Shown here: positions 40,969-54,830 of the stretch, in pieces
Layout of the letters: each line of letters starts with the position of its first letter
Numbering within the stretch: the stretch's first letter is position 1
DNA from: the human T2T-CHM13v2.0 reference genome, Homo sapiens
NCBI RefSeq assembly: GCF_009914755.1
Contig: NC_060935.1
Strand: one strand, 5' to 3'
DNA length: 64,000 bases
Made by a program: the position numbers and the translations under genes
Notes under the pieces: model-generated
The model's input: only the letters and a program-made list of their open reading frames with translations
Databases searched by the model: none
Told to the model about the DNA's origin: nothing

Positions 40969-41589
40969 ATTCCTAATTAGCAATATTCCTTCATAGGAAT
41001 GCTTAAAGACCCCACAATATACAAAGACTGATATCTGAGAATCACTGGCCATCCTGAAATGATGCAGAAAAACAGTATATGTGTTGTGTTTTTCAAGGAA
41101 GAGGGCCTAGATTCTCAGAAGAAGTCCTTGACTAAAATAAAAAAAACAATAAAGGTCAATAACCAATGATCTAGGGAAAACTCTAAATTTTAAGAAGAAA
41201 ACTCACTTTGGTTCAACTCTTGTGGCTGTAAATCTTTCTAAAATAAATTATTCTACCTTCTTGCCTCAATAAACACACTGAAGTGAAGATGATGGGATAT
41301 TTCTTAACATGATAGAGTGCTTCAGGGTCACTATTCTGAAAATGAATTCTTATGCCTGCCTACAGATGAATAGGTGTAGGAGTTTGAGTCGAATATTTAC
41401 TGAGTCCAGGACACACCCAAGAGGTTTTTAAGATATTTAATTATAACTTTCTTTTTTTTCACTTTATTGCTGGTTATTTGCCTATCTTAAGTGATGATTT
41501 CTGTGAAATGTTAGTCAACTGATTGTTCTGGTTAATTTCGTATCCAGCATGTGAAGCTCCCTATAAACTATCCATATAAGGTTCTAAGG

Positions 41590-41995
41590 CTACTGTTAAA
41601 AAGTATAAAAAAGTATGTGTCCTAAAACAACAGGAATTTCCTGTCTCTCAATTCTGGAGGCTACAAGTCTGGATCCACAGTGTCAACAGGGCCTCTTCCT
41701 GGCTTCTAGTGTCTCCTGGCAATCCATGTCACTCTTTGGCTTGTAGTGGTATCACTCCAATCTCTGCTTCAGTATTCGTATGCCTCTATGTGCCTCTTAT
41801 TCATGTGCCTCTATGTCTTTGTGTGTCTTCTCCTCTTCTTATAACGACATCATTTATTAGATTTTGAACCCACTCTAATCCAGTATGACCTTGTTTTAAC
41901 AATTTCATGTGCAAATAACTTATTTCCAAATAAGTTCATATTCTGAAGTTCTAGGTAGACATGAATTTTGGGGTGATACTATTAAACCACTCCAC
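41590..41995 (-). mobile_element. MLT1B/C-like MaLR LTR
   Basis: 'taaaacaacag...ttctggaggctacaagtct...tatttccaaataag..catattctgaagttct'. Confidence 0.75.
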
Positions 41996-42898
41996 CATCT
42001 GTGGCATTTTGTATATTCCTCATAAACAGTGTAGTTTTTTTTTTTTTTTGAAAGGCAAGGAGAAAGCATTTTATTAGGTATAAATCTATCAATGGAAGTA
42101 TCCTAAAATTGCTTATTTAAATGCATATGTAATATTTATCTGTATATTTATTTCTGGAATATATTACTTAATTCCAATATTGTCCCAACATTGTGCTAGA
42201 TTCCAGAGGCATACAAGTATTATTAAAATCAAATTAAGTAAAACAATCGCTAACCATGAGAAATGTAAAGAACATTTAATACTGTTACCGAGAAGTACAG
42301 ATCTCCTTGGTTCTTGTCTAACTTGGAAGGAAGAATTCAGCCAAGAGATGAATAGCAAACGTTAAGTAGCAGAGTTTATTGGAAGAAGATAAAGTACATT
42401 CCTAGAGAGGTGTGGAACATAGCCCCAGGCTGGTCTAGCTGGAAAAATAATCATAACAGTGTTTACTTAGAGGTAGTAACTCTGAAGGATGAGACAGAGT
42501 GGGCTGTTCAAAAGAATGAGCCATCAGCAGCCGGTGTTGGGAGACTTATTATGGGAATCTTACATAATTATTCACAAAGGTGTGTGAATTATTCATGGCT
42601 TGGGAGGTCCCTTAGGGTGCACATGTTCTGTGGTTGTACATGCTATTACACATGTCTCATGTCTCAGTAGCATTTAAAATCTCCACCTAGGAGTATGTTC
42701 TTTACTATTATAATCAGCAAAAGGCTACTCTCCAGTGAGTTTTGGAGGAGTGCACATGCTTGCCACAAGGGAAAATCTCTAGCATGGTCATCTCCCACTA
42801 AGGACTGTTAAGCCCCCTTCAGTGCCCGAGGACCCTAACCACAAAGCCACATGTAGCCAATGTAGCCATTGTCCTTTTTTCTGTCAGTGGGCAGCCTC

Positions 42899-43281
42899 TG
42901 TGATGGTTAATACTGAGTGTCAACTAGATTGGATTGAAGGATACAAAGTATTGATCCTGGGTGTGTCTGCGAGGTTGTTGCCAAAGGAGGTTAACATTTG
43001 AGTCAGCGGGCTGGGAAAGGCAGACCCACCCTTAATCTGGGTGGGCACAATCTAATCAGCTGCCAGTACAGCCAGAATATAAGCAGGTAGAAAAATGTGA
43101 AAAGAGAGACTGGCCTAGCCTCTCAACCTACATCTTTCTCCTGTGCTGGATGCTTCCTGCGCTCGAACATTAGACTTCAAATTCTTCAGCTCTGGAACTC
43201 GGACTCTTTGCTCCTCAGCCTGTGCAGATGGCCTATTATGGGGCCCTGTGATTGTGTGAGTTAATGAGTTAATACTTAGTA

Positions 43282-43335
<54 letters not shown>

Positions 43336-43869
43336 CATACACACACACATATTTATAAAGAATATATTCTTTATATATCTGTAGGGAGAATATATATATA
43401 AAGAATATATTCTTTATATATCTGTAGAGAGAATATATATATAAAGAATATATATAGAATATATTCTATATATATGTAGAATATATATAAAGAATATATA
43501 TAGAATATATTCTATATATATGTAGAATATATATAAAGAATATATATAGAATATATTCTATATATATGTAGAATATATATAAAGAATATATATAGAATAT
43601 ATTCTATATATATGTAGAATATATATAAAGAATATATATAGAATATATTCTATATATATGTAGAATATATATAAAGAATATATATAGAATATATTCTATA
43701 TATATGTAGAATATATATAAAGAATATATATAGAATATATTCTATATATATGTAGAATATATATAAAGAATATATATAGAATACATTCTATATATATGTA
43801 GAATATATATAAAGAATATATATGTATATTCTTTTAGTTCTGTCCCTCTAGAGAATCGTGACTAATACG
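42899..43869 (+). mobile_element. MLT2A1 (HERV-L) solo LTR, sense to LUZP2, with internal repeat expansion
   Basis: 'tgtgatggttaatactgagtgtcaact..attggattgaaggatacaaagtattgatcctggg'...'gactaatac'; TSD gcctc/gcatc. Confidence 0.9.
43286..43825. repeat. (CT)n(AT)n(CA)n followed by a minisatellite: 2 x 43 bp + 8 x 46 bp + partial unit
   Basis: Unit starts at 43357, 43400, then 43443, 43489, 43535, 43581, 43627, 43673, 43719, 43765, 43811. Confidence 0.95.
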
Positions 43870-45947
43870 GCATCTCTAGAACTTCTTTTCCCAGAGGGAT
43901 CCCTTGCCTGCTCATTTCTGGCTACCTACCTACTCTAGGAATATTACATAACAGGTGACATATTTGCCATATAATATAAAATACAATAATAATTTCTAAA
44001 ATTGCTCAAAACTACAGTAAAAATCATTGAAATGAGCGTTTTACAATATAACCTGGAAAGGGGGAAGATGACGACAATAACCCAGAAAAGTGTAATGTCT
44101 ACTGAAGGCTTCATCTAAGGGGTAGCTTTTGAAAAGTATAATATAATTTGAATTTATGACTATTTGCTCACTACAAAGAAAGTAAACAGGAAAATGTTGA
44201 TACCTCACAAGTCCTCTTGTAGGTGAAGAAATTGTTACTTGTTTATTAATGTGCATAAAGTTCATTTTGATAGTGCATTGTGGTGGAATCCAATTTCAGG
44301 CCAGCTTACTTGCAAAGAAAATATTTGTGGTTCCCAAATCAATGCTGTAAGTATCTGTTATAAAGAGACATTGGGACAGCCAATCCAATTGTTACAGCCA
44401 AAGCATAATATAAAGAAACATAAATCTGAAAAGTTCTCTTAGCTGATACGTCAGCCAGCTTTCTACTTCTCAAGGGTGTTGTAGACTTTTTACTTAGTAT
44501 TCCAGAGGTAAGTCAGGGTGGCTGTCTTATGGAAGTTTGCAGCCTACTTTAATTTTCATTTTATTTGCTGCTTTTATCAATTAATTTCACTCATTAATTT
44601 CCTGCAGCAGAATGTTGGCTAGGATAACACCATTGTATACAATCTTAGACGTGACTCAGTTGAAACCATGCTCCTTATACCCTGGTTGCATCTGGGTCAC
44701 TTTTTCGGTTCTCTGAGAGAGAGATAGCTAGTGTTCCCTGAACATGCTTCAAGTAAAGGAGAAAGTTTAGCTCTTTACTCTTATGCCTTTGGTAAATATT
44801 ATTTTATGTACCTCAAAATGTGGTTAATTTAGTACAAGAGAAAACTATGCATGTTAGACATTTAGTACATATTAAGCTGTCACCAAATGGAAGCTATCAT
44901 CATCCTCCATTATTGTTATTGGGTTCTGAGTTAAAATTAGTTCATCAATAAGCAGTGTTATGTACAGATAAATATTTGCTTAGAAATGGTTCTAAAAATC
45001 AAACAACCAATCAAAAGTTTCTTAAGTTCTAAAAATCAGCCAATCAACAACTTCATAACTTAGAACCATAAGTTAAACTTATCAATAAAAATGCAAAGGT
45101 AAGAAAGGACTCTAATTATCACTTTTAGACAGTCTCATTTCATCTCTTAAAGCATTTCTTTCCACATGTCAGACAAGAAGACTAACAACTGTGCAATTCA
45201 TATTTTAATTAGAAACAATAGCCTATGGAGAAAACCTTTTCAAATTGGACTAACGGAAAAATCCCAGAGAAGATACTGAATTGATCACATTCCTGAGTCA
45301 ACCACCATGGTCAGGGAAATGGGCAGTTTAATTGCTAAGCCTGAGTCACATTTCTGCTCTTATGTTGGATGAAATTTACCCTACTCAAAACACAGATTTC
45401 CCACAGGAAAGAAGAGTTCATTATAGAAGAGTACCTGGACTGATAAGTAAATATATCCAGAAAACTATCAAATACTTTTACTACTCCCTGCCATCCTCGA
45501 TCATTTTCTTAATATCCTTCAAATCATAGAATGCAGTAATAATGTAATCATTGCTGTTCCCAAGTCATATGTGATGTATTCACATTGCCATATATTTGTT
45601 AGCAATGTCCCCTTGGCTATAATTCTACCATTGCTCCAAACATATTGAGGATCTTCACTCTTCATCTTTTATATTTACTTACTACATTCAGATACTCCAT
45701 AAAATGGCACTAAAGAAGCTCTAGTCATATGATGGTAGGAAAATGATCATCTCCATTTCTGCACCTGGAAGGAAATGGAAGAACTGCTTTGTTTCCAATC
45801 CTCAGAGATTCATCATTTCATTGTATGTACTTGACACCCACCTTTGTGCCTCATGTATCCAGCATTATGACTGGAACTGATGGTGCCTATACAGCCTTCA
45901 TTCCCAACAGGGCAAGGGTTCCATCCCCTTGGTGACACTGTAAGTAG

Positions 45948-46245
<298 letters not shown>

Positions 46246-47071
46246 TGTAAGTAGTCTTTACTTAAGTATAGAGACTGGATTTGGGAAGTGTAAGGAGCTA
46301 CAACTTGTTAGAGGTGTGAGAAAAGTAAATTCATGCGGGGGGATCCATTTAAACAAGTTGGAAAAATAGAAAGAATGCTGCTTTCATGATGGACAGAGAA
46401 GAAACAAATTCAAATAATATACTTAAGACTTAGTATAAACACTATAAAAATCAGATATGCATATATTATCCTAGTGGATTCCTAATGAAAATCTAATGTA
46501 TCAAAATTGGTAACTGTTTCAATGACAAAATAGTAAACATATTTGTACTAATCTCAAGTATAAAAGTTATACTTCTGTTTAACTTCTATATAAAATTTAT
46601 ACAATTTTTGTACAACTTATAGTCTTATTCTAAAAGCCATGTGTCATAGAAAAATTGGACACTTCATTTTATTTTCTTTACAGCAGTTACTAGTCTTTGA
46701 TATTATAGTACATAATTCATTGATTTACTTGTTCATTTTCATTCTTCTCTTCTGTGGTTTTTATTTTTTTTGGTGTGGTGATGAGTATACAACATGAAAT
46801 CTCTCCCGTTAATACATTTTAAAGTATATAATACACTATACAAGCATTATTTTCTTAAAGTTACAAGAAAAAAGTCTTTTTTTAATATTATATCTTCTCC
46901 ATGTTTTCTGTAATATAGTAGGCACTTGATAAATACTTGTTGAGTGAATGATAAATATTCATTGAATAGGTTATATTTCTATAAGTATCATAAAATGGAC
47001 CACTATCCATAACTCATAGAAATGAGAGTTCTCAAAATGGTGCGAAGATTTTCTAAATCAAACGTATAGTA

Positions 47072-47400
47072 AGCTGGGCACAGTGGCTCATGCCTGGAAT
47101 CCCAGCAGTTTTGGAGGCTGAGGTGAGAGGAATGCTTGAGTCCAAGAATTTGAGACCAGCTTGGGCAACATAGTGAGACCTCGTCTCTGCAAAAAATAAA
47201 AAAATAAAAAATAAAAAAATCAGCCGGGCATCGTGATGCATGCCTGTAGTCTTAGCTATTCAGAGGCTGAGGTGAAGGGATCTCTTGAACCTAAGAGAAT
47301 GAGACCACAGTGAGTTGTGGTCATACCACTGCATTCCAGCCTAGGCAACAGAGCAAGATCCTTTCAAAAAATGAATAAACAAACAAACAAACAAATAAAA
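47072..47400 (+). mobile_element. AluJ
   Basis: Diverged dimer with (AAAC)n tail. Confidence 0.88.
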
Positions 47401-48584
47401 TTTATACAATTTGTAATAACCTTAAAAATCATAGAAATTAGAAAATCTCATATTGATTAGAACCAGCTAAAACTTGAATTCTTAGATTTTTACATAAGGG
47501 GCTGAAAGGCAAGATACTTTACTCCTGGTTACTGCGACATGCTGCACAGAAAGAAAGGATAAAAGCATGTAAGAAACAAACAATCAATAAAGAAGAAAGA
47601 AACTAAATGAAGGAACATAAAAAGGAAGAAAGGAAGGAAAGATGAGAAAAGAACCTTGAGAATGAAGAGTAGAATTTTTGCTAGCATTTAAGACTTATTT
47701 GCTGCATCATCTGGGAAAAGTCAAAACTTTTGTGAATATCACTGGTAAAATAAGAGGTTTGCATAAAATGATCCCCATGATTTTTTAATTTCAGCTTCAC
47801 AATTCAAAAACTATAAATTCTTAGTCTGTAGAGACAATAGCACACCAACTGATAACATCAGTAATACCTGAGTACTAAACTCAATGTAAATTCCAACTGA
47901 GTGGTCATTAGTATTTCAAACAGGTGACTCTAAAATGTGTTTGGATTTGCCTAGAGATTTTCTGAGCATTTCAGAAATGTGTGTGTGTGTATTTTTAAAT
48001 GTCAAAGTATGGTATTCTCTAGTACATGCCATAGAAAAATACACCATGAACAATTAACCAAGATTATTTAAGAAAGTTTCATCATTGCACCTATATTTAC
48101 ATTAACTATGTTAACTTTAAAAGAAGTTGATTTTTTTAAAATAAAACATTATTTTCTGCGTTATTTCTAGCAAATATGCACATTCACAAAGTGTTGGAGA
48201 TATTCTTGAAGCAATCACTTAAGCAGTTATCAACTATTTTCTCCCTCAGACATAAGAAAATGCCAGTGCTTAGAAGACAAAAAATAAATGTCATGGGTAG
48301 TAAGAAAGTTGACATAGTTTGCAAAAATCTGTGTATCTATACCAGCTTTTCATCATACATGTCACACTTAACATTTGAGATACTTAAATGCTATCATTGA
48401 AATAGAAACATCAATACTGACCACCACAGTTGGGAGGGTAAAATGAGATAATAATTACAAGAATAACTATCATTGTGCCACTCCTTGTTTTTCATAATAA
48501 ATGTAAAGTGTTAATTAATGGCTGGCCACAGGCTAAATATTACTCGTGGCATATTCTTTAATCAGCTCTTACATGGAAAATACA

Positions 48585-49085
48585 TGTAGTAGGCTGAAAA
48601 GTAGCCCAGAGAGATCATGTCCTAATTCCTGAAACATGTCCATGCAAACTTATAAGGCAAAAATATATTTGTATATGTGATACAGTTAGGGATCTTGAGG
48701 TGATGAGATTATCCTGGATAATTTCAGTAGACCCTAAATGTAATCACAACTGTCTTTATAAGAGAAAGGCAGAGAGAGATTTGACACACACACATAGGGG
48801 AGGAATTGATATGAAGACAGGGTGAGAGAAATTTGAAGATGCCGACTTTGATAATGGGAGGGATGTGAATGTGGGCTGAAATCCAAGGAATTACAACAGC
48901 CATGAGAAAGTGGAAGAGGCAAGGGACATATTCTCCCGTAGGGCCTCTGGAGGGAGCTCAACACAGCTTGCTCCTGATTCTGGGCTGGTTACTTCTGACA
49001 TGTGGCTTTCAAAATTATTAAATAATAAATTTCTGTTGTTTTGCATCACTCAATCTGTGGTAATTTAATTAGGAAACTAACACAG
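48585..49085 (+). mobile_element. MLT1D-like MaLR LTR
   Basis: 'tgtagtaggctgaa...gagattatcctggat...ccctaaatgtaatcacaa...aataaatttctgttgtttt...ggaaactaacaca'. Confidence 0.8.
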
Positions 49086-50100
49086 GTGGGGAAGAAGTAG
49101 GGCAGGTATTCAGGTTATCATTAATATTAATTACTTAAGTGTGTTTTATGATGGTGGATTCCATTTCCAGCTATTAATTCTGAAACTGAACTGAAACTCT
49201 GGCAAGCATTCCCCTTTGACCATTGGATAGAATTTATAGATGATTGTAAAGTACCCATGTGTTTTATCTTCAACCATTATTTATCACACTACTTCTGAGT
49301 CCTGAGCACCATATTAAGCAGAGAGGAAATAAAATCAATTCGATCTTCCACGCCTTGTTTTCCACCTTTGCTTTGTGTGGAAAAGACCTCTTAAACATGT
49401 AATAAACTTATATGATAGTTGTATAATGTATACAAGGAGCCAGGCATCTTACTCATTTACTTCACACAAAAACTATTGAGCAGGAAATTTGCTAGCACTG
49501 GGATATATAACAACAACATGCCAATCATGATGAAGGTGATAATGATGGTTGATGATGATGATGATCGTAATAACAACAGTTTACCAGTATTTACTCTGTG
49601 ATACCAGACAGGGCCAGACTCCATATTACCAAGAGTTTTACATGCATTATGTCACTCAATTTGAACAACTGTCTTGTTTGTCTGTTCATTTTTAATGGAA
49701 TGTCTTCAGGTGTGCAGAATTTAATCAGTCATTATCTGTGATTCTGTGGTTTATATCACATCTTCATCATATAATATTGGTTTTGCACAGTCTTTAATCT
49801 TTTAAAATGTTATTTTTAAGAACACTACTAAAGACACCAACTTAAATGTGAGCTAGCTAGGCCTTGCCAAAAATCCCTTTTCAGCATCCTCATTCACAGT
49901 TTTTATGTGAAGAAATAGAGGGAAAGAGAAATAAAAGTCATATAGTCAATCATACAGTTGGAGTGTGATGCCAGACTGTCTAACACAAGAGCTAATATTC
50001 TCTCCTTTTAACCAAATCTTGTAAAGTGGATTCAAGTTACTATGTTCAATCTTTATCACTTTGCATTAAGCCTAATTGAAGACTTAAACTGACTACCTCT

Positions 50101-50193
50101 TATTTTTATTTCATTATACTTTAAGTTCTAGGGTACATGTGCAGAACATGCAGGTTTGTTACATAGGTATACATGTGCCATGGTGGTTTACTT
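50101..50193 (-). mobile_element. Very short 5'-truncated L1PA 3' end (~90 bp)
   Basis: 'tatactttaagttctagggtacatgtgcagaacatgcaggtttgttacatagg'; TSD ctacctctt on both sides. Confidence 0.88.
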
Positions 50194-50789
50194 TCTACCT
50201 CTTTCAAATGTAATTTCAACCATCAGCTGAAACATTTCACCTTTTGTCCCCTTTTTCCTCCTCCTCTCTTCTATAAATATTCATGTTGATATCATCAAAA
50301 TAGATTGACAATATGATATATGATAATATAATCATAGTTTTGGTTTAACCTCAGAGATATTTCTTACTGCACTATTTACCATTGTTGAAATATGTTGACT
50401 CTGCAGTAATTGGCCCCTCAAAACAATATTAGGTCCTTTCCTACCTTATGTCTGAAAGTTGCAGAAGACAACACTAGATGGAGTAATTTTCTCCATCAGT
50501 CATGAAGACCTGTGTTTCATGATTTTTTATAGCCACAGGTACTTTCATTTCCATTACCATTTTCCATTTTCTTTAAAAAATAGACCTCATAACACATCAT
50601 GGTAATACTAGAAATCAAAAACTGATATTAAGAAATTGCAAACGAGCTGCTATTTTATAGAAAGGAAGTTTTTTTTAATATACATTAGGAACCCTTCTGC
50701 CTCTAAAAACCACATGATTTAAATTTAGCATTTCACATTGACTTATAATATCTTCCTTACCCAATACATTAAAAAAATTAGATGTCCTC

Positions 50790-51100
50790 CCCCATGATTT
50801 TGAAACTTTAATATGTATGAAAAGCACCTGGGGATCTTACAAAAAATGAATATTCTGATGAAGGATGGGGCCTGAGAGTCTAACAAGTTCCCAAGTGATG
50901 CCAATAAAATCAATGCATATGCCACGGTTTGGATAAGAAGACTCTAAGTAAGTGCTTGTCAAATGCTGCTGAATGGGTAGGTGCTGACTGGCTACTAACA
51001 ATCATTCAGAGAGCTTCTTTAATATGTAGATTTCTAATAGCTGTTTAGAGATTCAGAATCAGGTGTGACTTGAGGTTGGCAATCTGCATTCCCTAAATTT
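50790..51100. mobile_element. MER5A/B-like fragments
   Basis: 'gcacctggggatctt...gggcctgagagtctaacaagttcccaagtgatgc' and 'aatctgcatt' motifs. Confidence 0.55.
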
Positions 51101-54100
51101 AGGTGAAAGAGATTTTATTATACAACTGAAGAGTTCACAGAAAAGCCTGGCAATCTGTTGACTGAGTAACTTTAAAGTGCTGGTGAAGGAAGTTTTCAAG
51201 AGTAACCTTTGTAGCATTAGAAGTATGGTCAGAGTGCAGCTGTGAAGATACAGCACAGTCTATATTGGGCCTCATGCACATTTATTAGACAGGGAAGAGC
51301 AGAACCACTGATTAAATGGTGTGCTCAAACTCTGTACTATGAGCAGGAGATAATTTCTCAAGTACTAAATTTGGAGGTGCTGCCAGGACTCAATGATGGA
51401 TTGCAAAGCAACCAATGGTCATGGTATAACAGAGATTTAATTTTATAACCACAGAAAATAGAGCATCTGAAAAAAAAATTCAGATTGGTAAGCACTGCTC
51501 TTAACACATAAGCTCCTGGTCCCCTGCTATACAACTGTCTTGCTTTAATATTTTCTCACTTTCTCCTCTTCCTCTTCCTCCTCCTTTTCCTATTTTTCCT
51601 TTTCTATCACCACCATCACTACCCTTGAGGAACCCAGTGCCTGTCAAATAGTAGGTACTCAGCAAGTACATGTTGACTAATTGCTAGCTTGATGTATTTT
51701 TACAATAAAAATAGCTCATCAAAAAGGAAATAAAAGCTCTGCCTCTGCCATTCTTGTCCTAGAATGTTACCTGTGTAATTTCACTTCTTAATGACAAGCC
51801 TTTTATATACATAATTTCAGTTATCTTTGCACAATTCAGTAAATCAGTCAGAACACATTCTGAAACGAAATGGAAGGAAGAGATAAAGAAAATGAAATAT
51901 TAGGGGCTTTCCAAGTTGCTTACTTGCAAAGAGCCAGAAGAGACTAGGGAATGAATGAGGCACTCAAATTTTCCTCTCCTTTTCAGGTGCTTTTTTGATT
52001 ACCTACTGTTCTCAACCCTCATGACTATAGACTTTGAAATAAATGTGACATCAACCACATAAATAACTGCCTCTTTTAATCTTTGTAACTATCACAAGCA
52101 CATGTCCATTGTCTAAGTTCACTATTCTTGTCAGAGCTGCAAGAAAATAAACTTCTCTTTGTATTCTTTATAAAGCATTTTGTTAAGTTGGATGTTACAG
52201 CTCTCATATTTCCATGCATTTCTTCTTTTCTAGATAAGATTATGCCTTTGCTGACAGAGTGGAAAACTGCTACTAGGGGCTTTCAATATAATTACACTTC
52301 ATTTTTTTTTTCCTAACCAAGACAACACAATTTTATAAATTTGCTCACAACTCAAGCTTACCTGGTAAATGTATTTGCTAATCATAATTTAAAAATTAAC
52401 CCTATTTTGATTTTTAAGAGATAAAAGGTTTTTTTAAATCTCAGTTATCAATTAATACTGTTTCTTCCAAGTAAGGTTCTAACATTTTCCAAATTAGAGG
52501 AACAAGTTTTTATATCAAAATGATTCCTCTGGTATGCATTTTAAATTATTTTATTTCATACATGAATCTGCAACCTTCAACTTCTGTGGAGGACTCTGAT
52601 TTGTTCTTGTAGCAACTGAAAACTCCTTGTCAGAGCTAGAGAACTGACCCTACTGTTTGCTCCAGCAGTGCACTACCCTTCTTATAACTCAAAAGTTATC
52701 ACACTGCAATGCATTTCTCTGTTGAGGAGGGGAAGGAGTACTTATTTGTTCTGTTTATTCCAAGTTTGAAACAGTAGTGCATGATACATAGTAAGTTCTT
52801 ACTGAGTAACCAAACAAATACCTACCTCAAGGTATTTGTAGCAACAAGGTCTACCTTTGTTGCTGTTGCTGTTGTTGTTGGGAAATGAAAGGTGACACCT
52901 ATTTGGGTAGAAAGTAGACCTCCTGAATTACTAAGAATTTCAATTGAAACTAGTGCCATTTGTGCAGCTTCTAGGCCTTTCTTGCGTGGCTTCATTAAAT
53001 ACACCCCTAGACACGGAGTTTGGACTATTGATGCATCCCTTCATGTTCAATTTCTTGTGAATTAACAGAATATAGCATAACTGTTATGTAAACAGATACA
53101 GAACTTCCTTTTTTCAGTAATGTCAGAGGCAAACATTTTAAGAGTTGAATCCCTTAAATGAAAATAAAATTTATCTTGTTTTTATTCTACTTTGTTTTCT
53201 TTATATATAGCTAATAAGCTTAGATCTTTTTATTTTTTATTACCATTAATGTTGAAAAATACTACCAACACTTATTTCACAATTAAGAATCATTAAAAAA
53301 TGTTTTTTTGAAAAAAAATGGTGACAATACCCGATAAATTATAAGGGTATATTGTCATCAGTCTGTTTATTTAATGGTGTTGGTTCTATTAGAAGATTTT
53401 TGTAAATACTCTTTTCTTCCATCCTTTGGAAGTTGCTTATTGATTCTGTCACAAAAAGGTAAATCACTTACCTATTTCTTTTCAAAAACAAGATGTATTC
53501 ATTATCTAGCAATAATTACTCAGAATTTCCAATCTGTTTTTGTTTTCATTTTTGTTTGTTTTGCAAGGGAAGTGTCTTTCCCAAATGCTATGGAGTCCAA
53601 TTCATGTTCACTCAAAGAGTGAGTCCTCCAGTAAAACAAGGCAATAGTGAATTGGTGACAATATGAAAGGAATGCTTCTTGCCCTACATGCTGTTAACTA
53701 TAGCAAGGTAGAATCTGCATGAAAGTTTAATTTTGTGTCACTTCTATTTTCTAATGTATTATTATTGATGGGAACATATATTGTATATGATTAGACATAT
53801 AATGTGTATGATATACATTTATGCATATATTTTCTATGCCTAATCACATGCTGTACATGTAAATACATACATTTGCATATATAAGTATCCAGATATTAGA
53901 ATTCACTTGGGATTAGCCTTTTGGGAAACTGATTAAACTTGATCCCAATATTAATTCCACAGATCTGTGGAAGTGTGAAGCCCCATTCATATTTCTGTGG
54001 ATCCATACCTCACACATACCTTCTTCCCTGTAGTTACACTATTTATGCTCATTCCTCTTTGGAAGATATCTCTTCTATGATACCTTTTCAGACCTCTCCT

Positions 54101-54709
54101 GCATAAACTGATTGACTTTATCATCTGTTCCCATCACATTTAGTACACATATCTATATTGTGGCTTTCACCAGATTGCTGGCTAGTTTTTACTAATGAGG
54201 CTGTCTTATCTACTACACTAAGGAATTACTACACTCTAAGTTCTTCAGAGGAAAAAGGAGAGGAGGAAAGAAGAAACTAACAATCTAAGGCTTAAATACA
54301 AAATAGCAGGTGGATTTATGATTAATGGTGTGTTAAAAAGGTATGCCATCTTCAATTGCAAGTGTCAAAATGTGAATTATTAAATAAAGCATGGACCTTG
54401 CTTGGAAATGTTTAACTGAGTCATTTAAATAGCCTGTGACCTGTAAAGACATTGATACTTACTTGGGAATATTAATGACATATTTATATTGTCATTATGA
54501 ATATAATGACAATATAAATATAAGAAGAGTATGACATTTCATTAGGAAGTTTAATGAGCTTGACAAGATGACCCTGGTAGTCAATTCCAATAATAACATG
54601 TTATTATAATATGATTAAAATGAAGGAGAACAAAAAACTCAGTTAAGATAAATCGTTATATCAAACAATACAATTATGGCTAGGATGCTACATATGTGCT
54701 ATTATATAA

Positions 54710-54800
54710 ACTGTTAGAGACAGAAGAGATGTCAGACAGCATTTAGCCCACACTTCTCCTTTCACAGATGAAAAGTTCCAGGCTTCAAGAGGCTATGCTG
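54710..54800 (-). mobile_element. MIR fragment
   Basis: 'tttcacagatgaaaagttccaggcttcaagagg' resembles the MIR core. Confidence 0.5.
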
Positions 54801-54830
54801 ACTCTGGGAAATTGCTCTGTTTCTCCCTAA
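54768..54830 (+). CDS. Candidate MIR-derived alternative terminal exon of LUZP2 (MKSSRLQEAMLTLGNCSVSP*)
   Basis: CACTTCTCCTTTCACAG acceptor; in phase 0 it gives 20 codons then TAA; AATAAA at 55305 and 55456; no transcript evidence available here. Confidence 0.3.
   Translation: MKSSRLQEAMLTLGNCSVSP

Larger units (their letters stand above)
42283..43940 (-). mobile_element. ERV1 MER4-group LTR (MER50/MER83-like) split by the MLT2A1 insertion
   Basis: 'tgttaccga...aagaattcagccaagaga...gagtttatt' at left; 'ctgctcatttctggctacctacctactcta' at right; subfamily uncertain. Confidence 0.6.

Noticed and set aside
43443-43825. Regularly spaced palindromic repeats resembling a CRISPR array
   Set aside because: The sequence between palindromes is identical rather than unique spacers, the DNA is primate intron and there are no cas genes; it is a minisatellite
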